Positions 14,343 to 27,078 of a stretch of 64,000 nucleotides of DNA are shown here, one piece after another. The stretch covers positions 1 to 64,000 of the forward strand of contig WELA01000881.1 in assembly GCA_009602735.1 (NCBI GenBank), given 5' to 3'. The position numbers and the translations under genes were made by a program. Below the pieces are notes generated by a model that saw only the letters and a program-made list of their open reading frames with translations, ran no database searches and was not told where the DNA came from. Source of the DNA: Mesotaenium endlicherianum. Lineage: Eukaryota. Numbering within the stretch: position 1 is the stretch's first letter; each line of letters starts with the position of its first letter.

Positions 14343-17067
14343 ACAACGTCGATCAATCTGGGCCGTTAGAGTGAATTCGAACCTTCATGTAATTTTGGCT
14401 GACGTGGACTACCGACCAAGTCGAATAACCTAGAAGTTACGGAGTAGCCTAGCGCGCGTAAGTAACTATATTTTATATAATCCGATGCATGCATGTGGAC
14501 GTCAAATTGCTCGACATGTCGGATGAGGCTAATTTGGCCTACTCACAAATTTTTTGTAAGGGACAAAAATTGAGAGGGAGGTGGAGAGAATGGTGCGAGT
14601 TGTTGTGGAGAACGCCAATTTAACAGGTTCGGCACCTGCACCTGCTATACCACCAGACCATCTTCAACTACTGGTGCAACAAGTTATTCCACCCGCATCG
14701 GGAGTGCGTGCGCCTAAGCTTGAAGTGTGTAGTAGGGAGTGTGGATCACCGCCTGTTCATCGACGTTTTTTTAGAGTGAAGAAGTTTATGGAGTATTATG
14801 CTCTCACGCCCGACAGGCAAACCGCCTTTGTAATTACTTTGCTGAAGGAGAGTGTTTCAGCTTGGTGTAAGCAAAAGGTGCAGCTGTCTCGAAATCCTGC
14901 TTTAGTTGATCAGCTCTTTGAAGGCTTGAGAAGGCAATTTTCAACCTATTGCGCCCCAAGGCTACTTCTCAAGATCTATGGGTGCGCACACGTCAACAAG
15001 GAAGCGTGCAAGAGTATGTATTGCGCTTCAACGAGCTTGTGCTTCAATGTCCATCCATGCACAAGTTGGAGATGATGAACAAGTCCAAGAGGGAACTCAA
15101 GCAAACTATAGCCAAGGAAGTGGCACTCAAGGACCTTACTTGTCTTGGAGAAATGATGGCATTGGCGACAATGTCATCAATTTCAATCTTTTTTTCCTTT
15201 TCCCGGATATCGTGGTGAAACCTTTGTCCCCTACTGTCGATGCTGTGGAGTATAGTCAGAAGCACTGAGACAGCCACAAATTTGGAGGACATCGACACTT
15301 TGGATCGCAAGCGCCAAGCATGAGTGGTGTAGGTCCAATACGTATGGAGTTGGGACTCGTTCAGAACTAGCGGACGCAGCAAAATTTCAAGCCAAGAGGA
15401 CCATGCTATAATTATGGCAAACTTGGGCATCTCGCTCAGGACTGTTGTGTGAAGACAAAGCAACCTCAACAGCTGGAAAAAGGAGGACGCTAGTAAGTCG
15501 TTGTGGGGTGTCTGCTAACGTGAAGAACAAAACTCACATGGAGGTTATCCCCAAGAGCTCGTTGAGAAACAAAGGACGAGACGTTGACAAGCCTATTAGC
15601 GTGGAAGGAGTTGTGAACAACATTAAGGTAAAGAGTTTGGTTGGTAGTGGCGCAAGTGAAAATTTGTTGCCCAAGAAGCTGGTGAAAGAGTGGCAAATTC
15701 TTGTGCAAAAGCATTCTAAGTCTAAGGAGGCAATTTTGGCAAATGGCCTGAGACTCAAGTGTAATGCACCTAAGGAAGCTAATCACGCAGGGCATCGAAA
15801 TAATAGAGTTATGGAGCAGGCACGATTAGGTCACTATGAGGTGATATTGGGCCGACCATAGCTAAGGAGAGCCAAGCCTCAGGTGCACAAGAGCACAAAA
15901 CAAGTGAATTTCCAAGGGCGTGACAGTGGAATGGAGACAGCAAAACAGATGGAGGTAGATACGACCACAAGTAATTGTCTTCGGTCGAGGCTACAAGTTA
16001 AGAAGCTATGTAGGGCGAATCACGTCAAGGAAGTGTAACTTGTTTTAGTGGTCTTGGCCCAGTCATCAGATGAAGCAAGCGTAAATCCTCAAAACCTAGG
16101 GAAGCGCGCGACGCCGGAGGGGCAATGTAGTGAAACAGGTAGATAAATTACTTAGTAAAACAGAATAGTTTATCTATCCAAGACAAGGATCTTTGAACAC
16201 AAGTGGTAGCTTCTTGAAAGAGAGATGGCTTCTTGAAAGTTAATATATTTCTGGATTTTGGCAAGTACAAGAGTGATTCTGGAATGTCTTTCTATGTTCT
16301 AGCTCTTGTTTATATACTTGCTACATAAGTAATTTCTAGGAAGGTGTATGTTGATGTGTTGGCACCCAACACATCCCAAAACTTGCCACCTCTTTCTAGA
16401 ATAATGTACACATGTCCTTTTGACCTAAAAATGGCACATTTGACTTTTGCCACATGGAGTTCTTCTAGGTCTTTCCTCTAACTTCGAAAATGCCTTGGAA
16501 GGTTCAAAGGACATGAACCAAGTTACTAGAGTACCTATATACACTTGACTCCACACAATACTACTCCAAATATATTTGAAGACATTAAAATATATGCAAA
16601 CTAATATATAATAACTCAAATCACTACAGGCAAGTAGTAGCGTCTGATCCCCTAGCTCAAAAGAAGCAGAGCTAAACTGCTCAAGAGAAGAAGAAGCCTG
16701 CTGAGATGCTTGCCCAATTTAAGGTGCTGTTGGAGGAGTTTAGGCACGTATTTCTTGAGGAGCTACCTGTAGGATTACGTCCATAGAGGGCTATGGAGCA
16801 CAAGATTGAATTGGAGCCAGGAAGCAAGCTGTGAGACCCGCCTATTGACTAGCGTTTGCGGAGTTGGATGAGTTGAAGAAGCAGCTGACAAAGTTGTTGG
16901 AGTAGAGATGCATCCAACCTAGCAAGTCTGCATTTGAAGCGCCAGTCTTGTATGCGAAGAAGAAGGATGGGACTATGAGAATGTGTGTCGACTACTGAGC
17001 ACTCAAGAACACCACCATTAAGAACAGGTACCCACTTCCACGAGTGGATGTGTTTTTTGACAGATTT
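14343..17067 (+). mobile_element. Family B fragment (B0): partial LTR, degenerate gag, protease, start of RT
   Basis: Homologous to 18121-19956 and 55898-59380. Contains an LTR piece at 14343-14570, gag-like ORF 14581-15075, 'LVGSGASEN' protease and '[13 protein letters not shown]'. Cut by a hAT end at 17068. Confidence 0.9.
16126..16628 (-). mobile_element. Family A solo LTR (503 bp)
   Basis: TGTAGTG...CACTACA with perfect TSD GGCAA (16121-16125 and 16629-16633). B0 pol resumes across it. Confidence 0.96.
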
Positions 17068-17300
17068 CAGGGTTACGCCGTAAGCTTGTACGCTTAGTTT
17101 GACTTGTACGCTAATTCGCTTAGATCGGTATTCAGACAAATGGACTAGTTCGCTTAATACGCCTAGTACGCTAACGTAATGACAGCGTCGATGTGAGATA
17201 GCTGCGACGTCCACGTTCCATGTCAGTCCTATATGTAAAAGAATTACGTCATGTCAGTCTTTTTTCTCGTTCAAAATGGCTGGTCTTTCTTCTCGGAAGC
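17068..17300. mobile_element. hAT-family terminus; element may continue through 18120, 43930-44627 and 50541-51190
   Basis: Begins CAGGGTTACGCCG with GTACGCT/TTCGCTT subterminal repeats. No partner end found. Confidence 0.6.
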
Positions 17301-18120
17301 TTCCGCAACTTTTTGCTGCCTGCTTTGTAGTGAAACCTCGTGAAAATGTATTGGCCTTCTTTCAAGACATCCGGGGTAAGCTAACAAATTTTAACCATCG
17401 CCACCGGTTGCAATAGATGAAGCCTAACCAACTTGCCATATATAATAATTCGGGAGTGGGGAGCGAGTACAATCATAGAAATAACAATGGGATGGTTGAA
17501 GTGGGAAGGCCGCTCAGCAGAGCTTCTTTGATGTACTTACTAATAAACTTAATGCTAAAGACATAATGTGTAAGATATGATAAAGATCTATTCTGAAATT
17601 AATGCACTCTGCATAATAATATCGAAGCACTCATAATCATACAACATTGTAAGAACTGCAAAGTACTTATAATTGCCTCTTACAGATAAATTGCGCAATT
17701 GAACCTCAACGAAAAACGTGTAGAGGAACACTGGGAGCGCCGCTTAGCTAAGGTTCTTTTTAGTACTTTTTATGTAGGCTATTAGTTTAATGAGAAGGCT
17801 TAGGAGTGACTCAGATTCCTAATTGAGTAGAATACGCTTCAATGAAGAAGTGTAATGAGGAGTTAATTAATTAACAAGCATGCGTTTACCCATCTTACTA
17901 GAGTTGGTTGTCCATTATTCACGATTGGTTGGTTTTACTTGGCCTTCTTCAAAGTGGTTTTTACTTCATAAATATAGGTGGCAATTTGCGTGCTTCTCAG
18001 TGTTGGAGCCTCAACTATGAAATCATATGTATGGTATATTGATTAGATCAACACAAACATTGATCCAATTTTGAAATAAATTAAAGTCTTAAAACCTCAA
18101 TATAGTACCTTCATAGCCAC

Positions 18121-18863
18121 TATAAGGTCATAAGTTTATAAAGTGCATTTTTGAGTTTTATGAAAGTACTTTTTAACTGTACATAAGTGCAGAGTGCATT
18201 TTTGTGATCATTTTGATACAAAGTTCATCAAATTTGGTCAAGTATTGAGAGAATTATGGATTTCCGAAGTTAAACTAGTTTTGAGATCGGTTGACGACTG
18301 TCCTTAATTCGCGGTGAGCGCCACCATTGGATTGACCGACAGCGCCGAGTGATCTAACCCGTTACAGTGAACTCAAACCTTCACGTACGTTCGGCTAACA
18401 CGGAGTGCCGACTAGGTCGATTTACCTCGAAGTTTCGGTTTAGCCTAGTGCGTCTAAGATAGAATATTCTAGTAATGTCGATGCATGTATGTCGACGTCA
18501 ATTCGACCCGACACGTCGGATTAGACTGATTTGGCTTAATGAAGAATATTTTGGAAGGGACGATTTGACGAACATTTAGGAAAATCCGTAGCTTCCTCCT
18601 AGGGAGGAGCACTTAGGCCGTAAATTATATATAGGCATAACTTCTTTGTTTCTTATCAGTTTTCAATTCTATAAATTTCTACGGGTTTATAATGATGAGG
18701 CCTTTCATCCTATTTCATTTTTGAGACGTTTCTTGCTACTCAAAATGTTAAGTAATTTTCCTAAGCTTTCTTAGTGATATGCCGCTGCAGTCTTTGATAT
18801 GATTGCAACTTGTTCCTTTCCTCGGGGTCACCACGCTTCCACTAGGGCACTTTGCCCCTTTCA
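18121..18863 (+). repeat. B1 5' LTR
   Basis: TATAAGGTCA...CCCCTTTCA, a direct repeat of 43188-43929. Confidence 0.93.
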
Positions 18864-18978
18864 TCCGGTATTGAAGTTGGGCTAATTTGCATATTGTATT
18901 ATGGAGTTGTAGCCGGCAGCTGGAGGAGGCGAACATGTCGAGCATGTTGAGCGCGCAGGGCAGCTTGCAGCACCAACA

Positions 18979-19926
18979 ATGACCACAGAGCAACAAGAGA
19001 TGAAGGCGATGCTAAGGCAAATGGCGAATGCAATTGGAGAAGAAGTCTACGCGCAAATTCAACAAATGCGCGCAGAGGTGGAGAGAATGGTGCGAATTGT
19101 TGTTGGGAATGCCCCTTCGACGAGTTCGGCACGTGCACCTGTTGTACCACCAATCCATGTTAATCCAATAGTGCAACCAGTTATTCCACCCGCATCGGGA
19201 GTGCGTGCACCTAAGCCTGAAGTGTACATTGGAGAGCGTGGATCGACGCCTGTTCATGAATGGATGTTAGGAGTGAAGAAGTTTATGGAGTATTCTGCGC
19301 TCACGCCCGACAGGCAAGTCGCCTTTGTTGTAACTTTGCTGAAGAAGAGTACTGGAGCTTGGTATGAACAAGAAGAGCAATTGTCAGGAATTCGTGCTAC
19401 TGTTGATCAGCTATTTGAAGGCTTGGAGAGGCAATTTCAACCTATTGCACCCGAGGCTACCGCTCGAGATCTATTGGTGCGCCTTCGTCAACGAGCAAGC
19501 GTTCAAGAGTATGTATCGCGCTTCAACGAGCTGGTGCTTCAGTGTCCATCCATGCACGAGTCGGAGATGATGGACAAGTTCAAGAGAAGACTCAAGCCAA
19601 CTGTGGCCAAGGAAGTGGCGCTCAAGGACCATACCAGTCTTGGAGAACTGATGGCATTGGCAACAAGGGTCGACGCTGTGGAGTATAGTCAGAGACAATG
19701 GGGCAGAAACAACTTTAGGGGACATCGACACTTTGGATCTCAAGCGCCAAGCACGAGTGTTCAAGGTCCAGTACCTATGGAGTTGGGACTTGTTCAAAAC
19801 CACCACAGGCAGCAGAATTCCAAGCCGAGAGAGCCTTGCTACAATTGTGGCAAACTTGGACATCTCGCTCGAGACTGTAATGTGAGGGCGAAGCAACCTC
19901 AGCGACAGGAAAACCGAGGACGCTAG
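18979..19926 (+). CDS. gag: Gag of B1 (retrotransposon gag domain plus CCHC knuckle)
   Basis: 315-aa open frame with 'LRQRASVQEYVSRF', 'GPVPMELG' and 'CYNCGKLGHLARDC'. The upstream ATG at 18901 is followed by a stop. Confidence 0.9.
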   Translation: MTTEQQEMKAMLRQMANAIGEEVYAQIQQMRAEVERMVRIVVGNAPSTSSARAPVVPPIHVNPIVQPVIPPASGVRAPKPEVYIGERGSTPVHEWMLGVKKFMEYSALTPDRQVAFVVTLLKKSTGAWYEQEEQLSGIRATVDQLFEGLERQFQPIAPEATARDLLVRLRQRASVQEYVSRFNELVLQCPSMHESEMMDKFKRRLKPTVAKEVALKDHTSLGELMALATRVDAVEYSQRQWGRNNFRGHRHFGSQAPSTSVQGPVPMELGLVQNHHRQQNSKPREPCYNCGKLGHLARDCNVRAKQPQRQENRGR

Positions 19927-21225
19927 TAAGTCGTTCTGGGGTGCCTACTGGCGTGATGTAGAGAAACAGATAGATAAACTACTTAGTGAAATATAATACT
20001 TTACCTATTCATGACAAGGATCTTCGAACACAAGTGGTAGCTTCTTGAAAGAGAGATGGCTTCTTGAAGATTAATATGTTTTTGGATTTTGACAAGTACA
20101 AGAGTGATTCTGGAATGTCTTTCTATGTTCTAGCTCTTGTTTATATACTTGCCACATACGTAATTTCTAGGAAGGTGTATGTTGATGTGTTGGCACCCAA
20201 CACATCCCAAAACTTGCCACCTCTTTCTAGAATAATATACACATGTCCTTCTGACCTAAATGGCACATTTGACTTTTTCCACGTTGAGTTCTTCTAGGTC
20301 TTTCCTTTAACTTTGAAAATGCCTTAGAACGTTCAAAAGACATGAACCAAGTCACTAGAGTACCTATTCACACTTGAATCCACACAATGTTCCTCCAAGT
20401 ACATATGAAAACATTGAAATATATGCAAACTAACATATAATAACTCAAATCACGACATCACCCCCCCGATAGAAAAAGCGGCGTCTCGGCGCGTCAAGTA
20501 AGGTCTTACACATGTGGAGCAGACTAGTCAACAGCTTCAAGTCAGATGCCACACATGTGAAGAGGATTAGTCCTAGGCGCCAAGTCAGCTGCTACACATG
20601 GAAGGTAGACTAGACAAGTTCGTGGGTGGTGTGACCTTATTGGCTAGCGTATTCCTTGATGATAGAGAAAATTGTACAAGTTGGCCCAGAATCTGCCACG
20701 AATTCAAAAATTCATAGCGTCCACAGAACTGCTCCAAATCTGAAAAGTTGAAAGCCAAAAAGATTGCGTCAAAGAATTCTACTGGGTCACCAAACTTGAG
20801 AGCACTCTAATCTTTGAGTGTCGTTGAGAGTTGAGAGAGTAGGCACTCCTCCAAATCTGTGCAGAAACTTTTGAAAATCATAAGTCCTTCTATTTTTCTC
20901 CAAATTCTGCAAACTAAGCCTCAAACTAGGCGTTGTAAGATGTTCTACCAGAGTCTTGAGTTTCAAAGCATTCCAAGTTCAGGGGAGGGCACAATGTCAG
21001 AAGGCATATTCTGCCCTAACAATGCCAGCAGCCTGACCCCCTTCTACTTAGAGCATCATATTTTTCTCACCATTGCTCAAAATTGAGCAAACTTGGAATT
21101 TGAATGACCGGCTATTCATGGACTACAGCCAGGTAAATTTTCAGAATTTATTATGCAGAGACCTATCACCAGTAGCAGTTTTAGTTTTTTGTCTAGAAAC
21201 TGCAAGAAGAGAAGAGTGTCTAATG

Positions 21226-24200
21226 TCAATTTTTCCTCTTTCTTGTTCTTGCAGGCTGCCTCCAAGGGGTCTTCTCCTGCTTCTTGATGGTGGCAGGCTG
21301 CCTCCTTGAAGTCTTTGAGCTTCTAGTAGAGAGACATAGGGCTGGTTCAAGATGGGGATTGGCGGCATGGAAGCGCTTCAACTTTCTCTGAACTTTGTCA
21401 CGGTAGTGCGCCGCCACCCAACTATTTTCCGAATTAAGATATCCTTTCCACTTGATCAAGTATTGCTGCTGTCTCTTGAAATTTCTCAGAGCCACTATAT
21501 CTTCCACTTCGTACTCCAAATGATCATCCACTATTGTTGGGGCTGGTGGGATTGTCACACGTCCTGGGAACTTGTTGTCGGGTTGCACATATGGCTTGAA
21601 GAGGGAAGCGTGGAATACGGGGTCGATGTGCATAGTCTGGGGAAGTTCTAGCTTGAGAGCAACGGGGTTGACTTGTTGGATAATCTTGAAAGGTCCCAAA
21701 CACTTGGGAGTGAACTTGCTGCCGGCAGGCCTATTCTTCAGGGAAATAATCTTGGAGGATTGTAACACGTTGTCGCCCCCTTCGTACGTAATTTCTCTTC
21801 TGGATCTGTTTGCCACTCTTGCTTGAGCATCTTGCGCGTGTTGTAGAGCTTTCTTCGCTGCTGTAAGGGCCGCTTCTAATGTCTCCATAAAATCTGTTGC
21901 TGCAGGTACTTCATCATGGCCAGCCGTGAAGCTCAGCGGCGTGGTTGGCTGGAAGCCAAAGTTGAGGAAGAATGGGAACTCTTGAATAGAGGCCTGCGTC
22001 GTGTTATTGTAGGCAAACTCCAGCGGGGTCAAGTACATGTCCCAATCTTGCTCCAGAGTAGACACGTAGGCCTTTAGAGAGGTCTTTAGAGTATGATTCA
22101 TACGCTTGATTTGCCCATCTGATTGCTGGTGGTAGGCAGTGGACATATAGAGTGATGTACCCAAGTTCTTGAAAGATTTTTCCAGAAATGGCTTGTGAAT
22201 CTTGGATCTCTATCCGACACAATTCTTAATGGTAGTCCATGGAGTCGGAAGATGTTGTCAAAAATGAGTCTTGCAAGTTGTGGTGCTGTAGCCTTAGTCG
22301 TCGTGGGAATAAAATGAGCCATCTTAGTAAGTCTGTCCACCACCGTGAGTATTGCATTATGGCCTCGAGGTGTCACGGGCAAGTCCACGATAAGGTCCAT
22401 TGAGATGTCCGTCCATTGTCTTTCGGGGATTGGTAGTGGTTGGAGGAGTCCTCCCGCCTTTTGCGATGATGGCTTGATTCTTTCGCATGTGTCACAGCTC
22501 CTGCACTACTCCTTGACTTGCTTAGACATGCCTGGTCAGCAATAAGTCCTGGCTAGAACGCCCGTAGTCTTGAGTAGAAGCAAGAGTTAGAGGTCTAAGT
22601 CATTAGGAACACATATCTGGCCCGTATCTTTGCTCACCCAATAATTGCCTTCTTGCTTCTTGTATGGGTCCAAGGCTGCTTCTCCGTTCTTGTAGTACGG
22701 GTCTCTTTCATAGGCGGCTTAATATTGACCTTCCAGATCTGTCTTCAGGGATGTCATCACTGCGTTTAATTGCAGTCTTGAGAGGGGGTCAGCCGGGTTC
22801 GCCTTGCCGGGCCGGTACTAAATCGTGATGTTGTATTGTTGCAAGTATTCACTCCATCTTGCTTGTCTCCGTGAGAGATACGGCTGCGTCTGGAGGTGCT
22901 TCAACGCCTCGTAGTCCGTCGTGACCAGCACCTTGCGTCCTTCAACGTTGCAGCGGCAAACCTTCAAGGCATGTACAATCGCCAATGCCTCTCGCTCCGT
23001 GGTTGTATAATTTTGCTCGGCCGCATTTAGCTTCCTTGACTCGTAGGCAATCCTTGACTTGTAGTACCGTGCCTGGGTCTTGAAGTAGGATTGTTCCAAT
23101 TGCATAGGAAGATGCATCGGTGATGACGTGGAAGGGCCAATCTGAATTTGGACTTGGGAGTGTGACTTGGGATGTTGTCAATCTTTGCTTCACTTGTTGG
23201 AATGCTTGCTCCTCTTTCTAGGTCCAAACACATGGCTTGTCTTTCTCCAGTAGATCGGTGAGAGGGGCTGCTATGTGCAAGAAGCTCTGGATGAATCTCC
23301 TGTACCAATTCGCAAATCCCAAGAATGATTCGAGTTCTTTCTTGGTCGTGGGGGTTGGTCATTCCTCCACCATCGTGGTGTTCTTGGGGTCCATCTTGAT
23401 GCCATCAGCAGTCACATGGAGACCTAGGAACTCCACTTCTTGTTTGGCAAACTCGCACTTTGATTCCTTTGCAAATAGCTTGTTTTGCTTCAATACTTCG
23501 AGGACTCCTTTCAAGTGTCTCGCATGCTCTTCATGGGTCTTGCTGTAGATAAGGATGTCGTCGATGAATACCACCACAAATCTGTCCAACATAGGCTGAA
23601 ATATGGTGTTCATCATAGTCATGAAAGTTGCTAGCGCGTTGGTGAGTCCAAATGGCAGCACCATGAACTCAAAATGTCCATATCTTGTCCTGAACGCCGT
23701 TTTCTCTATGTACCATCTTTCTTCTTGACAAATAGCATTGGGGCTCCAAATGGCGACTTGCTAGGTCGAATGAAGCCATGCTCCAGTAGCTCTTTGATTT
23801 GCTTCTTGACTTCGTCTAGCTCCGTGTATGACATTTTGGACGTAGGCCGAGAGATGGGCTTGCTTACGGGCTCCAACTCTATTTTGTGGTTTACGAATCT
23901 CTTACGGGGTAAGCTCTTGGGCAATTCCGGGGAGAATACTTCTTTGTAGCCCTCTAAGACTTCTTGTATCTCCTTGGGAACGGGGCTGCCTTCTTGACTC
24001 TCGATGTCTTTCTTGATGTCTTTTGGCGTGATCAAGGCCAAAAGAAGCTCGTGTCCCTTCCTCACAAGTCTCTTGAGTTGGAGGACGGACAATGGTATCT
24101 CGTGTGCCGGCTTCTCGATGTCTTGGGTCTGAATATTCTGGATTGCGCGCAAAATATAGATTCTTGAAGTGATGTCATCCTTGATCTTGATAGTACCGTC

Positions 24201-24680
24201 CCTCCACTCAACTTGGGGGTTGTGCTTGGTCAACCAAGGCGTCCCTAGGATGACGTCGTACTTGCCCAATTGCATGGGGGAGAACACTACTCTATCCTTA
24301 AAGGACTTGATAGAGAGTGCCAAGGGGTACGTCTTCTTGGAAGGGGTAGTATAGGAGAATCCATCGGGCATCATAATCTCCTCGTCGTGATCAAGAGTTC
24401 GCATGGTAATACCGTGCTTGGTGGCAAAATTTGCAGTAATGAAGTTGCCTTGAGCTCCGCTATCCACCAAGATGTGGACCTTCTCTCCTCAAAGGTTACC
24501 TCTCAAACTCATTGGGGCTGGGACGTTGTCTTCAACGGGGGTCTCCACCTCACTTGTCTTGTTGCCTTCTCGTGAAGTGGGTCTTGGGGTGGTAGGCTCC
24601 TGGCCTACCGGCTTTCCTTTTTTGAGAAATTTTTGGGGCATGAGAGTGCACGATGCCCCTATTCCTTCCAATAAAAGCAT
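21226..24680 (-). pseudogene. pol: pol of A1 (PR-RT-RNaseH-IN-chromodomain), disrupted
   Basis: Fragments nearly identical to the intact ORF 27835-31500, with stops, frameshifts and an RT deletion near 23710. Confidence 0.93.
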
Positions 24681-24886
24681 AGTTTAGTCGTCATGAGAGC
24701 TTCTTTTTCAGCCGGGAAGAGTCTTTCTTTCACTCCTTGCTGGTTTCTTGCATCATAAGTGTCATTGGAGGGTTTTCCACTCTTCCGGGCAGCCGCGGGG
24801 TCCCTTTTAATAACTCCAATCTCCATGGGTGTGGGTCCAGATTTGGATGTGGAAGAGGCTGCGTACACCCGCGTCGCCGGTGCCCG

Positions 24887-25882
24887 TCAAGATGAAGACA
24901 CGGAGTGCTTGAAATCCAAGGTATCCACCTTTTGGGCCACTTCAATGATCTTTGAGAAGTCCGTCAAGTCGCGTAATTCCACTTCCTTTGCCACCTGGGG
25001 TTTGAGGCCAAAGATGTAGCGATCAATCTTCTCCTCGAGAGACATGTTGGGGATCTCAAGAGTGAGGGCGTGAAATCTGGATGTATACTCTTGAACGGAC
25101 GTCGTTTGCTTGAGATGGTGGAGCTTTCCTCGGGCAATCTTCTCCGCAGTGATGGGCATGAATTGCTTCTTGAGGACCTCACGAAAATCTGCCCATCTTG
25201 CATATGATAGTAAGGGCTCTTGGCCGAGCATGGGGTGCGCCATAGCTTGATATATAGCCGCTTGATAGTAACGCCACCATGATGTTGCTGCTCCTCTAAG
25301 TAAGGTAGCGGCAAAGGGAACGTAGTCCTCCTTGGGTACTTCAAGGAATGCGAGGTACGTCTCCACTTGGTAGAGCCATAAATTCAGGTTGGCACCTTTC
25401 CCGGGGTTGAAAGTGTCGAGTTTGCCGGGCTTGATGAGTTTCCTTGCTCTCGTTGGCTCTTGTGGAGGCGCTTGAGCCGGGGCTGGATTTTGAGCATTGC
25501 TCGCAATAGGGGCAACCATGGCAGCCATAGCTTCTCTTGACGCTTGCACGGTTGCTTCATAGGTGGCCAAGCCCACTTGGTTGTGGACGGTCATTAGGAA
25601 GGCTGCCCACTCATTTGCGGGAACTCCTTGTGGTGGGGTCAACTTTGCTATAGCGGCTGCCACGGGATTTGACGGTGCTCCTCCTTGTGGTGCTTCTTGT
25701 TGTTGCAGATTTTCTTGAGTGGGCTCTCCCATCGGCGCAAGAGGAGGGTGTGCTCCTCCTTGTGGTGCTTCTTGGTGTTCCAAATTTTCTTGAGTGGGCT
25801 CTCCCATCGGCGCTGGGGGAGGGTGTCTTGGAGAAGAAGGGCTTTCTTTGAAAGCTTGCTGTTGGTCTTGAGGATTGGCCAT
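24887..25882 (-). CDS. gag: Gag of A1 (C-terminus disrupted), with a 25-aa tandem repeat
   Basis: 331-aa ORF with 'HPP.APMGEPTQENL..QEAPQGGA' twice, 'LKQTTSVQEYTSRF' and 'YIFGLKP'. Confidence 0.88.
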   Translation of the reverse strand: MANPQDQQQAFKESPSSPRHPPPAPMGEPTQENLEHQEAPQGGAHPPLAPMGEPTQENLQQQEAPQGGAPSNPVAAAIAKLTPPQGVPANEWAAFLMTVHNQVGLATYEATVQASREAMAAMVAPIASNAQNPAPAQAPPQEPTRARKLIKPGKLDTFNPGKGANLNLWLYQVETYLAFLEVPKEDYVPFAATLLRGAATSWWRYYQAAIYQAMAHPMLGQEPLLSYARWADFREVLKKQFMPITAEKIARGKLHHLKQTTSVQEYTSRFHALTLEIPNMSLEEKIDRYIFGLKPQVAKEVELRDLTDFSKIIEVAQKVDTLDFKHSVSSS

Positions 25883-27065
25883 CTTCTTCTGCTACCAAAG
25901 TGCCTAGCTCCGATAACACTATAGTGAAACAGATTGATAAAGTACTTAGTGAAATATAATACTTTATCTATTCAAGACAAGAATCTTTGAACACAAGTGG
26001 TAGCTTCTTGAAAGAGAGATGGCTTCTTGAAAGTTAATATACTTCTGGATTTTGGCAAGTACAAGAGTGATTCTCGAATGTCTTTCCATGTTCTAGACTT
26101 TGTTTATATACTTGCTACAGAAGTAATTTCTAGGAAGGTGTATGTTGATGTGTTGGCACCCAACACATCCCAAAACTTGCCACCTTTTTTTAGAATAATG
26201 TACACATGTCCTCTTGACCTACAAATGGCACATTTGACTTTTGCCACGTTGAGTTCTTCTAGGTCTTTCCTCTAATTTTGAAAATACCTTAGAAGGTTCA
26301 AAAGACATGAACCAAGTCACTAGAGTACCTATTCACACTTGAATCCACACAATACTACTCCAAATATATTTGAAAACATTAAAATTTATGCAAACTAACA
26401 TATAATAACTCATATCACTGCACGTAAAGACGAGAACTCAGAAGGAGATTACCTGCAGGAGCCTGCCGAGAAGCAAAGGATGAGACGTTGACAAGCTGGT
26501 GAAAAAGTAGCAAATCCCTGTGCAGAAGCAATATGAGCCAAAGGAGACAATTTTAGAGAATGTGTAGTGAAACAGATAGATAAAGTACTTAGTAAAACAG
26601 AATACTTTATCTATTCAAGACAAGGATCTTTGAACACAAGTGGTAGCTTCTTGAAAGAGAGATGGCTTCTTGAAAGTTAATATATTTCTGGATTTTGGCA
26701 AGTACAAGAGTGATTCTGGAATGTCTTTCTATGTTCTAGCTCTTGTTTATATACTTGCTACATAAGTAATTTCTAGGAAGGTGTATGTTGATGTGTTGGC
26801 ACCCAACACATCCCAAAACTTGCCACCTCTTTCTAGAATAATGTACACATGTCCTTTTGACCTAAAAATGGCACATTTGACTTTTGCCACATGGAGTTCT
26901 TCTAGGTCTTTCCTCTAACTTCGAAAATGCCTTGGAAGGTTCAAAGGACATGAACCAAGTTACTAGAGTACCTATTCACACTTGACTCCACACAATACTA
27001 CTCCAAATATATTTGAAAACATTAAAATATATGCAAACTAATATATAATAACTCAAATCACTACA

Positions 27066-27078
27066 TCACCCCCCCGAT
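27066..27078 (-). promoter_or_regulatory. Polypurine tract of A2
   Basis: Minus strand ATCGGGGGGGTGA immediately before the 3' LTR. Confidence 0.85.

Larger units (their letters stand above)
19957..26422 (-). mobile_element. Full-length degenerate family A chromovirus (A1)
   Basis: LTRs 19957-20457 and 25920-26422; TSD CGTGA/CGTAA; PPT next to 20458; PBS remnant next to 25919. B1 sequence resumes at 26428. Confidence 0.95.

Noticed and set aside
18121..18124. TATA instead of TGTA at LTR starts (18121, 25920, 55898) as non-canonical LTR ends
   Set aside because: The partner LTR of each element keeps TG, so these are best explained as later point mutations.
20064..20297. ORFs within A LTRs and the 3' UTR (also 26027-26275, 20859-21309, 27468-27918)
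   Set aside because: Short, lack clear start codons and the LTR frame is interrupted in other copies; recurrence reflects repeat identity.
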